This document shows, one piece after another, positions 9,516 through 16,797 of a stretch of DNA of 64,000 nucleotides. Made by a program: the position numbers and the translations under genes. The stretch is from Dehalococcoidia bacterium (lineage in GTDB: Bacteria; Chloroflexota; Dehalococcoidia; GIF9; UBA5629). Numbering within the stretch: the stretch's first letter is position 1; the number at the start of each line of letters is the position of its first letter. The stretch lies in NCBI GenBank assembly GCA_034432055.1, contig DAOUCT010000003.1, forward strand, positions 75,949 to 139,948, written 5' to 3'. The notes under the pieces were generated by a model. It was not told the origin of the DNA and did no database searches. It worked only from the letters and a program-made list of their open reading frames with translations.

Positions 9516-11575
9516 TGAGGCTGAGGCAGTCCCTTAAAAGAGTCCTTACCAGCCAGTCAGGGCAAGCCCTGCCCATGGCGCTCATCTTGCTCATCGTCGG
9601 CGGGCTGGTCATCGTCCCCCTGCTCAACTTCATCAGCGGTAACATGAAGGCAGCACAGGTCATCGAGGACAAGGTGTACGATTTCTACGCCGCTGATGCC
9701 GGTGCCGAAGACGGGCTGTGGAAAGTGAGGTATGACTACCTCCCCGACTGGCTTATGGGCGACTGGACAGAGGAGACCTATTCCCACGAGCCCTATTCTT
9801 ACACAATGTATGACAACGATAACCCCAGCGATATAACCGCTGTGAACGGGCGCCAGGTGGCTGTGGAGATAAAGCCCATCTGGGTGCTGCAAGACCTCGA
9901 GGAGCCGAGCTACCAGCAGGGGCGCACGCCCGATGACCGCCTTATCACCTACGGTAATAAGACCGACCAGACACCTGATGGCAGTCAGGGCATCTATACC
10001 ATAAGCATAATGTACGATGGCTCGCTGGGGACACTGCTGGTCCAGAGAATCGGCTGCTGGCTGCCCGCCGGTTTCGACTACGTGGAAGGCTCCAGCAACC
10101 TGGAACAAGACCCGGGGGAGTCTTATTACCGCGTGCCCCAGGTCTCCAGCCATAAGAGCGGCACCACCGTGGTCTGGGACTACGGCACCGGCATCAACTA
10201 TAACAGCCTGCCCACCCAAGGGACAAAGAAAGTCGTTACCTTCAGGTTCACCCCCAATGAGGACATGCTCGACGCCTTCTCCTGGACACGGACGGGCACT
10301 GACGCCATCAAGCTCTCCTGGGACACCTCCAAGAAGATAATCGAGATCGTTTCCCGTGCCCCCAGTGGTGAAAGCAAACAGACCACCGTCACCTGCCACG
10401 TCATCAAGAAGGAGTTCCAGCCTCTGGGCTCCGCTTTAAACGGCGACTACGCCGCCAGTGGCATCACACTGATGCGCGACCACGATAACGATGGTGGCTG
10501 GTGGTGGGACAGGGACAAACGCGAAAGGCTGTATAACGAGACAGCGGTCACCCTAGCATCGGGACAGCCGGTGTCCGTCCCCGAGGATGCCACTGTGGAA
10601 CGTATCTTCCTCTACTGGTCGGGCTGGAAGTGCAAGCCGTGGAACATATGGGGCTACAGTCAGGAACAGCGCAACCTGTTGCCCAGCCAGAAGGGAGTCA
10701 ACAAGGTGAATTTCAGGGTGAAGGTGGGGGCAACCGAGTTCTCCACCACCGTCACCGCCGGCGTATCACAGGTATTGCCCGATGGGACTTCTGGCGACCC
10801 CCACGGCTGGTCATACTCCTGCTTCGCCGACGTCACCAATCAGGTGGTGGACTTCTTTAAAGCCCAAGGCGTACCCTTCTACGGTAATGGCACCTACACC
10901 GTAGGGCACTGGGATGTCAGCCCTAACTATAACGCCTCAACCTACCGCTACGCACTCTACAACTGGAAAGATAACCACCAGAACGAGACTATAGCCGGCT
11001 ATACCAGATACCCCCTGGGCAGCCCCATGGACGGGCGGCAGCGTGACTCAGGCTACGAAAACGACGGCGAGCAGGACGAGTGGTCGCACGCCGCCTGGTC
11101 GGTAATCATCATCTATTCCAGCCCGTCCACGCTGGGACACCACCTCTATCTCTACGATGAGTTCCGCACCTGCGTCCAATACGGGACTATATCTTTCACC
11201 ATCAGGGGCTTCCTCGCCCCGGACGATGTCGCCAATGACCCTCAAGCCGCCAGGATGACCGTATTTGTCGGTGAGGGCGACTACCACTACAGCGGAGACC
11301 GCTTCCAGGTGAACGGGTACACGCTCAGTGATGGCTACTACTCGAACAACGTCTGGAACGGGATATCAAATGTGCTGGGGCAACAGGCGACTACCCATGA
11401 AGGCATCGACATCGATACTTTCATCGCCGGCGGCGGCGACATCATCAAGCCCGGCGATACCGAGGCGCAGATCAGGATGCCCACCAGCACCGATGTCTGG
11501 CACCTGGTGTACATCATCCTCTCTTTCCGCAGCGAGATAACCGTCGGCGGCGTCATCGACTTTAAGGTGGAGTGA
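9515..11575 (+). CDS. Large pilus-associated protein with PilX-N-like hydrophobic N-terminus and Trp/Tyr-rich C-terminal domains (candidate tip/adhesin subunit)
   Basis: I place the start at ATG 9515 (gggaggaag SD; TAATG overlap with the upstream stop) rather than the track's TTG at 9497. The N-terminus GQALPMALILLIVGGLVIVPLL ... FYAADAGAEDGLWKV matches the PilX_N pattern (hydrophobic helix, then A-x-x-AEAG-like). The remaining ~600 aa have no motif I recognise. Confidence 0.75.
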   Translation: MRLRQSLKRVLTSQSGQALPMALILLIVGGLVIVPLLNFISGNMKAAQVIEDKVYDFYAADAGAEDGLWKVRYDYLPDWLMGDWTEETYSHEPYSYTMYDNDNPSDITAVNGRQVAVEIKPIWVLQDLEEPSYQQGRTPDDRLITYGNKTDQTPDGSQGIYTISIMYDGSLGTLLVQRIGCWLPAGFDYVEGSSNLEQDPGESYYRVPQVSSHKSGTTVVWDYGTGINYNSLPTQGTKKVVTFRFTPNEDMLDAFSWTRTGTDAIKLSWDTSKKIIEIVSRAPSGESKQTTVTCHVIKKEFQPLGSALNGDYAASGITLMRDHDNDGGWWWDRDKRERLYNETAVTLASGQPVSVPEDATVERIFLYWSGWKCKPWNIWGYSQEQRNLLPSQKGVNKVNFRVKVGATEFSTTVTAGVSQVLPDGTSGDPHGWSYSCFADVTNQVVDFFKAQGVPFYGNGTYTVGHWDVSPNYNASTYRYALYNWKDNHQNETIAGYTRYPLGSPMDGRQRDSGYENDGEQDEWSHAAWSVIIIYSSPSTLGHHLYLYDEFRTCVQYGTISFTIRGFLAPDDVANDPQAARMTVFVGEGDYHYSGDRFQVNGYTLSDGYYSNNVWNGISNVLGQQATTHEGIDIDTFIAGGGDIIKPGDTEAQIRMPTSTDVWHLVYIILSFRSEITVGGVIDFKVE

Positions 11576-11582
11576 GGAGGCA

Positions 11583-11826
11583 GTCCTCTCTCCCCTCCGC
11601 GGGAGAGAGTTAGAGTGAGGGGTCACCCCTATCTCCCTCGCAAAAAGGCTGGACTGAGGAGGTCACCCTCACCTTAGTCCTCTCCCGTCGCGGGAGAGGA
11701 AAAAAATCCCTCTCCCCTCCGCGGGAGGGGTCGGGTGAGGAGGCAGTCCCTATAGGAGAGAGCTACCTTCCCCTGTCCTCTCTCCCCTCCGCGGGAGAGA
11801 GTTAGAGTGAGGGGGATTCACCCCCT
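11583..11826. repeat. Cluster 1 of a hairpin repeat family (4 copies, both orientations) inside the pilus operon
   Basis: Copies include ctctctcccctccgcgggagagagttagagtgaggg (11586 and 11779), caccctcaccttagtcctctcccgtcgcgggagagga (11665) and ccctctcccctccgcgggaggggtcgggtgagg (11709). Each has a 8-9 bp CTCTCCC/GGGAGAG stem plus a GGTGAGGG/CCCTCACC flank. Confidence 0.85.
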
Positions 11827-11891
11827 CTTGTTTTCTGTATTCAAGCATGCTACACTGAAGTCAATATAGTGATACGAACATAAATGCCGTC

Positions 11892-12530
11892 ATGATGGCA
11901 CCAGCCGAAAAAGCTGACAAAGAGAAGAAGAAAAAGGGCATACTGGAAAGGCTGCCCAGACTTAGCCGTACCAGCCAGACAATACTCATCCTGGCAATGC
12001 TGGTCGCTATGTTCGTCCCCACCTACCTCATCTATTACCAGCAGCCCAAGACCCGTGCCGCGCTGGAGTCTTCTCTTGCCACTTTGCAAAAAGTGCTGGC
12101 GGCTGAGCAGACACCGAAAGAGCGGCTGGAAGCTGACCTGAAAAGGGCACAGGAGCAGCTTGCCGCTGCCAGAGCCCTCTACCCCGACCCCAACCATGTG
12201 CCCGAGCTGGTAAACAGCCTTATCGGGCTGGCAGAACAGAACGATATCGATGTCACCGAGACGAAGGTCACCGCCTCCAAGCTGCCACCGCCTAAAGACA
12301 CTAAAAAGGATAAGGCACCGGCTGAGAGGATCGAGGACATACTGACTGCAGAGATGACGCTGAAGGGGCAGGTATCGCATTTCCAGAACTTCCTGCTGGC
12401 GCTGGATAAACAGTTCCCCACCATCCGCATTAAAAAAGCCGCTTTCACCATCTCCAGCGAGGAGGGCAAGGAGGATACCTGCACGCTATCTCTGCTGGTT
12501 TTCTGCTATCCGGCTGAGGAGAACAAGTGA
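11892..12530 (+). CDS. pilO: PilO-like pilus alignment protein (TM helix, coiled coil, C-terminal alpha/beta domain)
   Basis: 212 aa. Basic N-terminus, one TM helix (ILILAMLVAMFVPTYLIYY), a coiled-coil stretch and a C-terminal MTLKGQVSHFQNFLLALDKQFPTIRIKK pattern typical of PilO. The call rests on architecture and context only. Confidence 0.6.
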   Translation: MMAPAEKADKEKKKKGILERLPRLSRTSQTILILAMLVAMFVPTYLIYYQQPKTRAALESSLATLQKVLAAEQTPKERLEADLKRAQEQLAAARALYPDPNHVPELVNSLIGLAEQNDIDVTETKVTASKLPPPKDTKKDKAPAERIEDILTAEMTLKGQVSHFQNFLLALDKQFPTIRIKKAAFTISSEEGKEDTCTLSLLVFCYPAEENK

Positions 12531-13957
12531 TAGTCCTGGACTTTACTGACAGCGAAATAAAGACACTGGTGGTGAGAAGAAAAAAAGTGGAGCTTGCCAC
12601 CACCCTGTCGCTTGAGCCTGGCTGGGTCAAGGACGGCGCCATTGCTGAGCCCGATGCTATCAGCCAGCGGCTGCGTGAGTTCCTCAGCTCCAATAACATC
12701 ACTGAAACAGAGGCGATGAGCACCGTAAGCGGTCAGCACACCATCTACCGCATGGTCAACATCCCCCGCGTCCCGCCCAAGCTGCTTGAGAACGCCGCCG
12801 CAATCGAGCTGGAAAAGAACATGCCGGTATCGCTGGAGGAGCTTTACACCACATGGCAGGCGGTAGACATCTCCCAGGAGGAGATAGCGCTCTGCATGGT
12901 CGGTACCCGCCGCGACATTGTGGACACCATGATAAGAACACTGCGCACCGCCGGTCTGCGCCCTGTGGTCTTTGAGCCCAGACCACTGGCTGTGGCACGG
13001 CTGTCCGAAGACCCCCACGCCATCATCATCGATGCCCAGCCTTCCAGTTTCGATATCGTCATCGTCCTCAGCGGCACCCCTGTGATACTGCGCAGCGTGC
13101 CCTTCCCGGACCAGGACATGTACAGCAGGTCGGCTGGAGTCAAGGAAGAGCTGGAGAGGACAATCAACTTCTACAATGCCAGCCATAAAGAGGCACCGAT
13201 AACGCCCCAGAGCCGCATACCAATCATCCTCAATGGTGAACTCCCTGGGCTGGCTGAAGCCACCGGGTACCACTGCAAGCCCCCCCTAGCCCCCTTCACC
13301 TACCCACCGCTCGACCTGACCAAATTCGCCGCCGGTGCCGGGCTGGCTCTCCGGGTGCTACAACCAAAGACATCCCCGATGCGCCTGACGGTCAATGCCA
13401 TACCCGAGACTTACCTGCCGAAGCCACGCCCCGTAGGACAGATTGCCTTCTGGCTATTCACCCTCCTCGCTGTCATCGCTTTTCTCTGGCTGGCTTCGCT
13501 CACCATAGCCGAGGTGAGGCAGACGGCAGAGCTAAACTCACAGGTCGAAGTGCTGCAGGCGCGGGTAAATGTACGCCGGGGTACGGAGAAGGTGCTCAAA
13601 GAGCTCCAGGCAAAGCTGGATGCCGCGCAGACCAGATTAAACGTGTTTCAAAAGCCGCTCGATGTTGCCGGGGCACAGCGCGCCAGCGTCATCGCCGATA
13701 TCCGCGAGGTCACTACCGCCAACACCAGCGGCACGCTTAAACTTAAGACCATAACCCTGACCGACAAAGCCGCCACCGGCACCGATGTCGCCCCCCAGAT
13801 CGAAGTGGAAATAAACGGCACCGCCGCCTCCCAGAGCACCATCCTGGACTACACCAGGAAGCTCCGCGACAGCGGCAGGTTCTCCCAGGTCACCATCAAA
13901 GAGATGAAAGAGGTCAAATACAACGAGTGGCAGTTCACCCTGTCGCTCGTCCAGTAG
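12527..13957 (+). CDS. pilM: PilM-PilN fusion (actin-like ATPase domain, TM helix, coiled coil, PilN-like C-terminus)
   Basis: 476 aa. GTG start overlaps the upstream stop (GTGA). The N-terminus IVLDFTDSEIKTLVV resembles the PilM phosphate-1 strand. After ~aa 300 come a TM helix (IAFWLFTLLAVIAFLWLASLTIA), a coiled coil and a PilN-like end (INGTAASQSTILDYTRKLRDSGRFSQVTI). Confidence 0.75.
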   Translation: MIVLDFTDSEIKTLVVRRKKVELATTLSLEPGWVKDGAIAEPDAISQRLREFLSSNNITETEAMSTVSGQHTIYRMVNIPRVPPKLLENAAAIELEKNMPVSLEELYTTWQAVDISQEEIALCMVGTRRDIVDTMIRTLRTAGLRPVVFEPRPLAVARLSEDPHAIIIDAQPSSFDIVIVLSGTPVILRSVPFPDQDMYSRSAGVKEELERTINFYNASHKEAPITPQSRIPIILNGELPGLAEATGYHCKPPLAPFTYPPLDLTKFAAGAGLALRVLQPKTSPMRLTVNAIPETYLPKPRPVGQIAFWLFTLLAVIAFLWLASLTIAEVRQTAELNSQVEVLQARVNVRRGTEKVLKELQAKLDAAQTRLNVFQKPLDVAGAQRASVIADIREVTTANTSGTLKLKTITLTDKAATGTDVAPQIEVEINGTAASQSTILDYTRKLRDSGRFSQVTIKEMKEVKYNEWQFTLSLVQ

Positions 13958-13963
13958 CCCCAC

Positions 13964-14008
13964 CAGAACAAAAACAGCACGGGAGACCGCTTTCACCGAG
14001 GTCTCCCG
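13964..14008 (-). terminator. Intrinsic terminator downstream of the major pilin gene
   Basis: The minus strand reads cgggagacc-tcggtgaaagc-ggtctcccg followed by tgctgtttttgtt. That is a 9-bp GC-rich stem with a T-run 5 nt after it. Confidence 0.5.
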
Positions 14009-14085
14009 CACCTATACCGGCAACCCGCAACCCGCTTACACGGCTGCGCTACAGGACGACAAAGCTAAACACCGGCTGCTGTCCG

Positions 14086-14421
14086 TTACTGCGGACAAGC
14101 GCCCTGGGTGACCACGCACTCGCCAGCGGCATTCTCGCTGAAAGTATAGGCGCCCAGCGGCTCCTCTGTAAGGTACCCGGCATTGATCAGGTCATCCACA
14201 GAGGTAGGGCAACTGCCCTCCTCCCACCTGTAGGCGGAGGTCACCGTGGTCACATTGTGCAGGTCGGTGGCGCACGCCTGTTCCTCGCCCCTGCCGATGA
14301 ACCTCGTCACCGCGATGGTGACCACGCCCGCCAGGGCGGCAAGGATGCTGATTACCACCAGCAACTCGATGAGGGTGAAGCCCGCTTCACCGTACCGAAA
14401 GCTCCTCAGCAGTCTTTTCAT
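14086..14421 (-). CDS. pilA: Major type IV pilin (PilA-like), short, four Cys
   Basis: MKRLLRSFRYGEAG|FTLIELLVVISILAALAGV is a canonical prepilin motif with Glu at +5. The mature protein is ~97 aa with Cys in EEQAC, EGSCP, AGECV, QGACPQ. It has a strong SD (aaggaggt), its own promoter and its own terminator. Confidence 0.9.
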   Translation of the reverse strand: MKRLLRSFRYGEAGFTLIELLVVISILAALAGVVTIAVTRFIGRGEEQACATDLHNVTTVTSAYRWEEGSCPTSVDDLINAGYLTEEPLGAYTFSENAAGECVVTQGACPQ

Positions 14422-14480
14422 TCGCTTTTACCTCCTTAAAAAAGCTCAAATCGCCTTTGCGGCGACTCTCATCAAATTTA

Positions 14481-14509
14481 ATCTTAACTGCCAGATTACC
14501 ATTTGTCAA
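14481..14509 (-). promoter_or_regulatory. Sigma70-type promoter of the major pilin gene
   Basis: On the minus strand, TTGACA (14509-14504), a 17-nt spacer, then TAAGAT (14486-14481). The ~55-nt 5' UTR contains hairpin tcgcc-gcaaa-ggcga and SD aaggaggt. Confidence 0.55.
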
Positions 14510-14696
14510 GGCGTGGTAGCCAGCCGAAGCTAACGAATTGGTCACATTGGAGTATAGTACTTTCGTCCTAGTACCTTTGTCGAGCGCCGCTATTTGCCGC
14601 CTCCGCAGGCTATTTCAGAAGCCCGCACGGCGATGTCTGATGTCGGGTTTCTGGTATTCTGCTATTATAGTACCCGTAAAAATCGAGGTGGGTTAT

Positions 14697-15497
14697 ATGG
14701 ACAGGGAGATTTCGGTCATCAGCATTGAAGTGGTAAGGGAGCTTTCCCGAGCCAAGCACCAGCCTCCCACAGAGGTGGAGGTTATGGCTCTGAAGCAGGG
14801 CATCGTGCCGCAGCGCTACCTGCGCAACATCGGCACCATCGGAGCTGAGGGGCAGATTAGACTGCTCCGGTCGCATATGGCGGTGGTCGGTGCCGGCGGG
14901 CTAGGCGGTACCATCGCCGAGCTTCTGGCAAGGATGGGGGTGGGGCATATAATCATCATCGATGACGACCGCTTTGCCGAACAGAACCTGAACCGTCAGC
15001 TAATGTGCACCGAAAGGAACATCGGCAAGTATAAAGCAAAGGTCGCCGCCGCTAGAGTAAGGCGGATAAATTCTGCAGTCAGGGTTACTGTCCGCACCGA
15101 AAGGCTGACTGTGGACAACGCCAGCCGCTTGCTCCGCGGTGCCGAGGTGGTGCTGGACGCGCTGGACAACCTGTCCTCGCGGCTCGCCGTGGAGAAAGCC
15201 TGCAGGGAGTTGAAGATACCCTTCGTCCACGGTAGCATCGCTGGCTTCTGCGGTCAACTGATGACCGTCTACCCTGAAGACCCGGGGCTACAGGCTATTT
15301 ATAGCGCAACCAGTCCCCCGGAGACAGGCATCGAGACCAGGCTGGGCAACCCTGCTACCACACCGGCGATAATCGCCGCCCTGGAGGTACAGGAGGCAAT
15401 TAAGATAATCACCGGCATCGGCGAACCCGTCCGCAACCGGTTGCTGGTATTCGACTTGCTTACCGCAGAGGTGCACAGCATAAACATCGGGAGGTAA
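14697..15497 (+). CDS. ThiF/MoeB/HesA-family E1-like adenylyltransferase
   Basis: RYLRNIGTIGAEGQIRLLRSHMAVVGAGGLGGTIAELLARMGVGHIIIIDDD is the E1 Rossmann signature. I place the start at ATG 14697 (gaggtg SD 7 nt upstream), not the track start 14538. There are no CxxC zinc motifs and no rhodanese domain. Confidence 0.8.
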   Translation: MDREISVISIEVVRELSRAKHQPPTEVEVMALKQGIVPQRYLRNIGTIGAEGQIRLLRSHMAVVGAGGLGGTIAELLARMGVGHIIIIDDDRFAEQNLNRQLMCTERNIGKYKAKVAAARVRRINSAVRVTVRTERLTVDNASRLLRGAEVVLDALDNLSSRLAVEKACRELKIPFVHGSIAGFCGQLMTVYPEDPGLQAIYSATSPPETGIETRLGNPATTPAIIAALEVQEAIKIITGIGEPVRNRLLVFDLLTAEVHSINIGR

Positions 15498-15498
15498 A

Positions 15499-15783
15499 AT
15501 GGCAAAGGTGACGGTAAGACTCTACAGCCTGTGGCAGGTGTATGCCGGGGCTGCCAGCACTGTGTTTGAGGCGAAGGACCTCGAGGACTTGCTGGAGCAG
15601 GTAGAACAGAAATTTGGCTCCCGCATCCGTGAGAAATTGCAGGCACGGAAAATCGACCTCAGCGGCAGGATAGATGAGTTCTCACTGGTGCTCCTCAACG
15701 GGACGAATATCAAGCAGGTGAATGATACCTCCCTTAAGGATGGCGATGTGCTGCACATCATGCCCCCTCTGGCTGGGGGCTAA
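15499..15783 (+). CDS. MoaD/ThiS-family ubiquitin-like sulfur-carrier protein ending in Gly-Gly
   Basis: 94 aa. The C-terminus is ...LKDGDVLHIMPPLAGG-stop. The start lies 1 nt after the E1-like stop. Confidence 0.8.
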   Translation: MAKVTVRLYSLWQVYAGAASTVFEAKDLEDLLEQVEQKFGSRIREKLQARKIDLSGRIDEFSLVLLNGTNIKQVNDTSLKDGDVLHIMPPLAGG

Positions 15784-15791
15784 CAGGTCAT

Positions 15792-15863
15792 ACCCTCACC
15801 TGACCTCTCCCCCTAACCAATAAATCCCTCTCCCCCTTGAGGGGGAGAGGATAGGTGAGGGGG
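15792..15863. repeat. Cluster 2 of the hairpin repeat family (nested imperfect palindrome)
   Basis: ccctcacctgacctctcccc (15793-15812) and ggggagaggataggtgaggg (15843-15862) are inverted. Inner hairpin is cctctccccc-ttga-gggggagagg. Confidence 0.8.
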
Positions 15864-15884
15864 TGAATAGGGTATAATACACGG

Positions 15885-16649
15885 GTGGACTATTTCTGGT
15901 CGTTCCTGTTCTTTGCCATCGGAGCCTGCATGGGCAGTTTCCTCAATGTCATCGCCGACAGGCTGCCACAAGGTAAGTCCATCGTCTCACCCCCTTCCCA
16001 CTGTGAGGACTGCCAGCGCCGGCTCTCCGCAGATGACAACATCCCCATATTCAGTTACCTCTGGCTGAGAGGACGCTGCCGTTATTGCCAGGCAGCCATC
16101 CCGCAGCGCATATTCTGGGTAGAGCTGGGCACAGCGGTGCTATTCGCCTTCCTCTACTGGGAATACGGTTTCGGCTATCTCTTGCCGGTGATGCTGGTCT
16201 ACGGCTGCATCTTCATCCTCCTCACCGTCATCGACCTGGAGCACGGGCTGCTGCCCAATAAGATCGTCTATCCGGCGATAGCCATCGCCTTTGCAGTCGC
16301 TGTGGCTTCGCAGTTCCTGCACTTGCCGCTCCTCCCCGACCTGAAGAGTGCCGCTATCGCTGGGACTATCGGTTTCGTCTTTCTGCTCATACCAGCCCTC
16401 ATCTCCCGGGGGATGGGCTGGGGAGATGTCAAGCTGGCGGCTTTCATCGGCTTGGCGACCGGATTCCCGCTGGTGCTGCTGACGCTGTTTATCAGCATCG
16501 TCAGCGGCGGGCTTGTCGCCGGCATCCTGCTCCTGCTCAAAATCAAAGGGCGCAAGGACGCAATCCCCTTCGGTCCTTTCCTGTCGCTGGGGACGCTGTT
16601 AACACTGCTCTGGGGAAACAACATCCTCGCCTGGCTGGGGTTCGCCTAG
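15885..16649 (+). CDS. pilD: Prepilin peptidase / N-methyltransferase PilD (peptidase A24)
   Basis: GSFLNVIADRLP, then CEDC...CRYC zinc motif, then GWGDVKLAAFIG active-site Asp motif. Multi-TM. GTG start. Confidence 0.9.
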   Translation: MDYFWSFLFFAIGACMGSFLNVIADRLPQGKSIVSPPSHCEDCQRRLSADDNIPIFSYLWLRGRCRYCQAAIPQRIFWVELGTAVLFAFLYWEYGFGYLLPVMLVYGCIFILLTVIDLEHGLLPNKIVYPAIAIAFAVAVASQFLHLPLLPDLKSAAIAGTIGFVFLLIPALISRGMGWGDVKLAAFIGLATGFPLVLLTLFISIVSGGLVAGILLLLKIKGRKDAIPFGPFLSLGTLLTLLWGNNILAWLGFA

Positions 16650-16797
16650 CCGCTCATACTAAAGTATGATTTTTATCCGCCGGATGGCTGAACCCGGTTA
16701 GTCCCTTTTTCCAGAGATAAACCATTCACTCTCTCGATGGCAACCAGCCGATAATGCGGTAGACTGATAAGGCTGTTACAAATAGAAAGGTCAATAG

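Noticed and set aside
9557-10399. 280-aa minus-strand ORF. The same applies to 12506-13273, 5591-6118, 7492-8028, 20651-21319, 20857-21369, 45434-45997, 56515-56997, 57708-58241 and 61945-62478.
   Set aside because: These are shadow ORFs antisense to genes with clear family motifs (PilX-like, pilM, pilB, pilC, pyrC, S8 protease, crotonase, htrA, jag/yidC). Their composition is skewed (Ala/Gly/Arg/Ser-rich), they have no SD, and long antisense ORFs are expected in GC-rich coding DNA.
11583-11826. Possibility that the hairpin repeat clusters are small CRISPR arrays
   Set aside because: The units occur in both orientations with irregular, very short or absent spacers. Copies diverge from one another, and no cas genes are present in the window.
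13927-14439. 170-aa plus-strand ORF covering the pilin locus
   Set aside because: It is antisense to an ORF with a textbook prepilin motif, a strong SD, a promoter and a terminator. Its own sequence is Pro/Arg-rich, low-complexity, and has no start context.
14697-15783. E1-like/Ubl pair as a bacterial ubiquitin-like antiphage system (Bil or CBASS Cap2-type)
   Set aside because: There is no E2-like domain, no JAB/DUB peptidase and no effector gene nearby. The Ubl looks like an ordinary MoaD/ThiS-type carrier.
15873-15878. TATAAT hexamer 6 nt upstream of the pilD GTG start as a dedicated leaderless promoter
   Set aside because: There is no recognisable -35 or TGn element. Leaderless initiation on GTG is unfavourable. 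Read-through from the upstream genes is a simpler explanation.
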